Origin: Euglena gracilis
Taxonomy: Eukaryota
Length of the DNA: 64,000 nt
NCBI GenBank assembly: GCA_039621445.1
Contig: CP154954.1
Coordinates: 19,888,642-19,952,641, forward strand
Reading direction: 5' to 3'
The first letter of the stretch is position 1, and each line of letters begins with the position of its first letter. The position numbers were made by a program, and so were the translations under genes. Under the pieces are notes generated by a model. The model saw nothing but the letters and a program-made list of their open reading frames with translations. It did no database searches and was not told the DNA's origin. Shown piece after piece: positions 58,749-64,000 of this stretch.

Positions 58749-59657
58749 CGGTAGACTGGGGGGGGTAGTGGGTAGTCGGCCGACTAGTCAGCCGACTACA
58801 CAATTGGTCGACCGACTGGGCCTGGTCGGTAGCTAGTCGGCGAGACATGGGGGGGGGGGGCAGTGGGTAGTCGGCCAACTAGTCGGCCAACTACCCACTC
58901 TAATGTACTAACGGGTCCAAACCGCCGACTTTTAAGCCCCCCCCATGAAGAAAATCCAATGCAAACTAGTCGGTGGCTAGTCGGCGGTCATAAAAATGGT
59001 CTGTGGCGGGCCCAAATCACCCGGAAATGGTCCGGATGGGTCCAAATAAGTGTCTTACGCCTGAATAAACACCCCCAGATGGAAATCTTTGGTCGGTGGG
59101 GGGTCGGTGGGCCCTTGATGGGGGTCCGGAGGTGTAAAAAACCAATGATGAAACAGGGATTACATGAAAATCCTTTAGAAATGCAACATACTCAGGGGCT
59201 AAGTCGTTTGTGGCTCACTTTGGCATAGGCGGGGGGGGGGGGGGCTCCGCCCCCCCCCCTCAAATAACAAAATCCCTTCTATGTTGGCAATAGACTTGGA
59301 GGGATAAGACCTTTTTGTGCAAATTTTGACTTATATTGAAAATCCAATGGGGAGAGGTGTTCTTTTGTCAAAAGTGGCCCAAAATGGACATTTTCCCCCA
59401 ATTTTTTTTTTGCATATTCACCCCCGATTGGGGAGTTCTGGAGCCATTTGGGTGGGTTTGACTGGTGTTGAGGTGATTTAAACAAAAGTTTTTCCGGGGG
59501 GGGGGGGGCTTAAAAGTCGGCGGTTTTGACCCGTTAGTACATTAGAGTGGGTAGTCGGCCGACTAGTCGGCCGACTACCCAATTGGTCCGCCGACTAGTC
59601 GGCCGACCAATTGGGTAGTCGGCCGACTACCCACTACCCCCCCCCCCCCGTCTACCG
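58749..59657. mobile_element. Foldback-like element with ~150-190-bp inverted termini built from palindromic gtagtcggccgactag units
   Basis: actacccactctaatgtactaacgggtc...ccgccgacttttaagcccc is inverted at ~59505-59560; no clear TSD. Confidence 0.7.
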
Positions 59658-62600
59658 TTTGGCACCGGGGTTTTGGGGGGACCTCGTGTATGGGTCCCAA
59701 AATGGGTCAAAAAAAAACACCCGGCGCCGAAGGCGCCGGAAAAAATTTTTTGGGGTCCAAAAATTGGTGCACCAGAACAACGGGAAGAGGTGGTGGGGGG
59801 GGTCGACCCCCCCCCCACCCACCATGCAGGGGGTGGGGGGGTGGTTGACCCCCCCCCACCCACCACCCTGGCCGCGAGGCCGTTTCCCGTTCTGCCCTGC
59901 CCCTCCTCCTTAGTTGCACTAAGGCTTCTTGTCTGTTTATGGCCGGCGCTAACTTCGCTTCTGGCCCAGTTTGCTGCGTGGTGAGTGGCCAGGGACCTGC
60001 CCCTCCCCCCGGGGGGGGGGGGGGTGTTTGGGAAGAGGAATGAAGGGGGGAGTCAGACCATTGAGACCACGAGGTCTAAAGGGTTCGGGAAGCAGCAGCA
60101 GCAGCAGACCAGCTAGCAGCAGCGGAAAGTATTTTCTTCTCAGGGGGACCAGCGGGGAGGAGTAGGCCCCTTGCCACCCCGAGCACCTATTGGGAACGAA
60201 ATTGAGCAAACAAAAGCAGCAGCAGCAACAGAAGCAGCAGCAGCAACAGCAAGAAAGGGGAGCCAAAAGCCCAAGGGGGAGGGGGAGGGCAAAGAAAACA
60301 CAACATGGAAGAAGAAGAAAAACGAAAGAATGAAGTCCCAGTGAATATGGAATCGGACAATTATTGGGAGTTGCTCCGAAGAAAGGGCCAGAAGCGGAAT
60401 GCAGCGCCTTAAACCAGACAGAAGCCAAAGTGCATCTAATGGGGGTAACACCCCCCCCCCCTGACACCGGGGGTTCGGAGGGGGGGTGCCTTGTGCTCTG
60501 GGTGCCTGCCTATAGCAGGCACCCCCCCCCCGCCGACCCAGCCAATTTTCCTTTGAAAACGGCCATTTCGGGCCCCTTCGCCTTCAGCGCCAGGGTGTGC
60601 TCCAGCACTGCCCACCCCAAAACCCGACCCCCAGGGGGGGTTGAAAGTGCCCACCCCCCTGCCCAGGGATGGATGGGAAGCCTTGAGGGGGGGGGGGTGC
60701 GACCCCCCTCCCGACACGGAGGGGGGGGTCGGACCCCCCCTCCGAATCCTTGAAAATCGATCCAAAAATGCTCGTTTTTTGAAATTCTTTGAACGTTTTT
60801 TGGGGGGGAAACACCAACACATCAAAAAAATGGGCAATATGTCCAAAAGTCAGCAAAGGGGGTGTTTTTGCTCATTTTCCAGCGCGCAGCGCCGGAAGAA
60901 AATTTTCTGCTGTTTTTGGCACCTGTCAAGGAGGGAGGGTGGGGGGTCCGGACCCCCAAACATCTGGGGGGGTCCGGACCCCCCTCCCCACCACCTTACC
61001 CCCCCGGGAGGGGGGGGTGGTCCGGATCCCCCACCACCTACCTCAATACCGAAGGGCTTCCCATCCATCCCTGCCCCTGCCTGTCCACAGCACCCAATCC
61101 CCCCCGGGGGGGGTGCGCGCTTCCTTAAAAAGAAGCCTGGTTCGGACCAGTTCGGACCCCTCTCCTCCCTCAAAACTGACATGGGCCTGGAGAGTTTTCG
61201 GTTTTCGGACAATCAAAGGGCTGTACATATGGCATAAAGTCAGGCCCCCTTACCCAGGTAAGGGGTGGGTAAGGGGTGGGTAAGGGGTGGGTAAGGGATG
61301 GGTAAGGGGTGGGTAAGGGGTGGGTAAGGGGTGGGTAAGGGGTGGGTAAGGGGGGTTGGGGGGGGTGAGAATGAAGTGTATGGGGATGTTGTTTATTACG
61401 TTGGTTGACAAAATCCGCTCTTTGCCCTCAAAATCGACTAAAGACGAGGATGAGGTTTATTTTTTTGCCGGGGGGGGTCCGGGGGGGGGGGGCGGGAGTG
61501 TTGACCAAAAAATGCAAAAAAAATGGCAAAGAATTGACAAAATTTTGATCTCATGGGAAATCAGGGCCAAAACGAGGAATTTTTAAAAGTCCAATTTTTT
61601 TCCAGCAAAAATCAAAAAATCGCCAGAAAAAAACGCATTAAGCCACATGAGGCTATGCGCAGTTTGGATATTTGTATGTGGAATTATTTGAAGTCGGAAT
61701 GATTTCCCAGCAGAAATTGCCAAATTTTGTCAAAATTTTTAAAAATTGGCAATATTTGGCAAATCTGCAACAAAAAAACAAAAAGCACCTGGGTTCCCTT
61801 ATGAACGGTTCAAGGAATGGCCGGAACTCATTTCGTCTTTCAGGTTCATGCGGAAAAATTGCAGAAAGGGAGGAAACTGTGGGGAAATTCGGGAAACTCG
61901 CGGGAAAATTGCCGAATATTGCAGAAAATTGTGGGAAAATCGCGGAAACGGCGGGAAAATTGCGCACATCAATTTCCCCCTGCAAATGTCCCCATGTATT
62001 TAGGGACATAAAAGCATCTGATAGGGTGGGGTGAGAAATATTTTTGCCACTGTGTGTTTACAAATCACTCTCAAACAGATCCAATTAAGGCGTCGCTTAG
62101 CGACTCCTGGAGAGAAGTTCCAGCTCGAGGCTGGAAATTTTGCTCAAGCCAGCCCTGTGTGGGAGGCCAAGATGGCCAGCTTGACTGATGCCCACCGCAC
62201 AACGTTGAATCCTTCTTGGTTGATAGCACGAATCAAAAACAGGTCATTGCTGTCATTCATGACCCCCCCCCTGACCCATGAAACTTAGACCGCAAAAGAC
62301 AATTTTGCTGAAAATCCCGTCTGGGAGAACTGATTGAAAAAAAATCACAGCAAATGCTGGGATCTATTGGCAGGTACGCCACAGGCTGTGTGCAGTGGGA
62401 AGAAATGCAACATGGACCCCCAAAGCAAAAAAAAATTGAATGAAATTCTGGCTTTTGGAAGAAGCTCCAGAGACTTATGAGGCAGCCTCCAACTAAAGGG
62501 ACCCCCCCCCCGGGGGGCTTTAATTGGATCAGGGGGAGGCAATTTTTTTTTGTGTTATTGAAGGAATAGGGTTAGGGGTACGACTTAGGGTTAGGATGAG

Positions 62601-63129
62601 GCCTAACTTACAGATTACTGTACAAGTTAGGCCTGAAGTTAGGCCGAATTTGTAACCCTGACCCCACTCCATCATGAACGCAAAAAAAAAATCATCGGGG
62701 GTGGGGGGGGTGGGTGGGTCGGGGGCTGTAGTCCCCAGGGGTGGGGGGGGGGAATCCCAGGACGGTGGCCCAAGCCAGTCTTAGATTTCGGCGCTTTGCA
62801 CCGAAAATTAAGGAGGGGTTTTTGGAAATGCCCTTACCAAAGCCATTACCCACAACCCGACCAAACCATCCCCGATTTTTTTTGGGGGGAAACCACCCCT
62901 TGGGGTGTGTTGGGTTTCCCAAAACACTGGTTTATAGCCTTAAAAAAAAAGCCTCGCGCTCATGTCATTGTCCAGTTTACAATAGCCACCGGGGAGTTGC
63001 TTAAGCTGAAGGACACCCCATCTCTGGGGGGTCCAGCCAGCCAACCAGCAGCCTTTTCCACCCTCCCCCCATCGACAAGTTACCCATTTATTTTCCAGCC
63101 ACCCGAAGTGCCGCCCGAAGTAACGGTGG

Positions 63130-63574
63130 CAGGGTTCGATATAAGGAGGGCGTACATGGTTTAGGTGGGGGGGTGTCCCCCCCCCCCCCCCCCCCCCCCT
63201 GGCCCCCAGGGGGGGCCCTTGCCCCCCCCCCCCCACCTGCCAGGGGGGTCCGGACCGACCCTCGGGGGGGTTCCCGGGACCCCCCCCCCAAAAAGGGTCA
63301 ATTTTTTCCTCTGGAGCTTCGCGCCGAATTTTTTTTTGCATTTTTGGCACATTTTTGCCCAAAAAGTGCCCAAAATGGCACTTTTGGTCGTTTTGGGGGG
63401 TCAAAATTTTTCGCCCACCCTGACCGTGCACGTTTACCGACAAACACCTGTGGGGGGTGTCCCTGGGGGGGGTGTGCCTTCTCCCCCCCACGCCCCCCCC
63501 CCCCCCCCCCCCCCCTCTGGCCCGCAGGGGGGGTCCGGACCACCCCCCCCCTCCTCTCCTTATATCGAACCCTG
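63130..63574. mobile_element. hAT-like MITE with CAGGGTTCGATATAAGGAG TIR
   Basis: Perfect 19-bp TIR and perfect 8-bp TSD aacggtgg. Confidence 0.92.
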
Positions 63575-63836
63575 AACGGTGGTGCAAAAAATTGGCCTAA
63601 ATGATATCATTTTTTTTTGCAGTTTTGGGGTAATTTTGCAGTTCCGTTTTTTTTTCCCTTTTTGGTGCCTGGTTTGTTCCTGGGTTCAACCCTGTGGGGG
63701 GGGGGGCAGCCCCCATATTTTAGCCCCTCAGCTCGACCCCCCCCCCGCAGGGGGGGTGGTTAAGTGACGCTCTGATTGTCGCCCGACCCGGTCACACGCA
63801 GCACCCGACCCAGGTCATGCCCTCCCCATCCCGCAG

Positions 63837-63940
63837 GGGGGCTCCTGCTGCTGCCCGGCTGCTACAGCGGCTTCATCCTGCTGCAGTACCTGCGGGGCGT
63901 GCCGGGCTTCTCCCCCAACCAGCTGCCGCACTTCGAGTGA
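63837..63940 (+). CDS. Last exon of a TMEM230/TMEM134 (DUF872)-like membrane protein
   Basis: ccgcag acceptor; GLLLLPGCYSGFILLQYLRGVPGFSPNQLPHFE* fits the family pattern G..hhhPG.Y.......hRG..GhS...hP from memory; upstream exons not located. Confidence 0.65.
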
Positions 63941-64000
63941 AGCTGACTGGCCGGGGCACGCCGCCCGTGCCCCGCCACTCACCCTCCGCGCTGATACGCT

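Noticed and set aside
54334-59657. Short palindromic repeats as a CRISPR array
   Set aside because: No unique regular spacers and no cas genes; they are tandem or subterminal transposon repeats.
62565-62600. TTAGGG-like units as a telomere (also ~13620-13645)
   Set aside because: Only a few degenerate interstitial units.
43500-63500. Many Gly/Pro/Lys/Phe-rich ORFs
   Set aside because: They arise from homopolymer-rich MITE interiors and show no coding signature.

Overview
Repeat-rich eukaryotic genomic DNA, most likely from a euglenid (inferred from introns with the euglenid nonconventional geometry: CAG at +4..+6 pairing with CTG at -8..-6, no GT-AG). 747-10124: a 10-exon RbgA/YlqF/MTG1-family circularly permuted GTPase gene that I can splice by hand into one 468-aa frame; its nine introns alternate strictly between conventional (GT/GC-AG) and nonconventional. 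11343-13447: a fragmented coiled-coil gene. About 16.2-42.7 kb: a nest of DIRS1-type tyrosine-recombinase retrotransposons (gag-like, RT, RNase H, N6-adenine methyltransferase, YR; ITRs plus internal complementary region, ICR). An old host copy (D) carries four insertions (A1, B1, C, A2); C carries B2, and B2 carries a non-autonomous LTR element with a candidate self-priming site. 43-64 kb: dense MITEs (8-bp-TSD and TA-TSD types), a long palindrome, exons of a minus-strand coiled-coil gene and the last exon of a TMEM230/134-like gene. Frameshifts in G/C homopolymers may be sequencing errors. All splicing, alignment and family calls are by eye; no searches were run.
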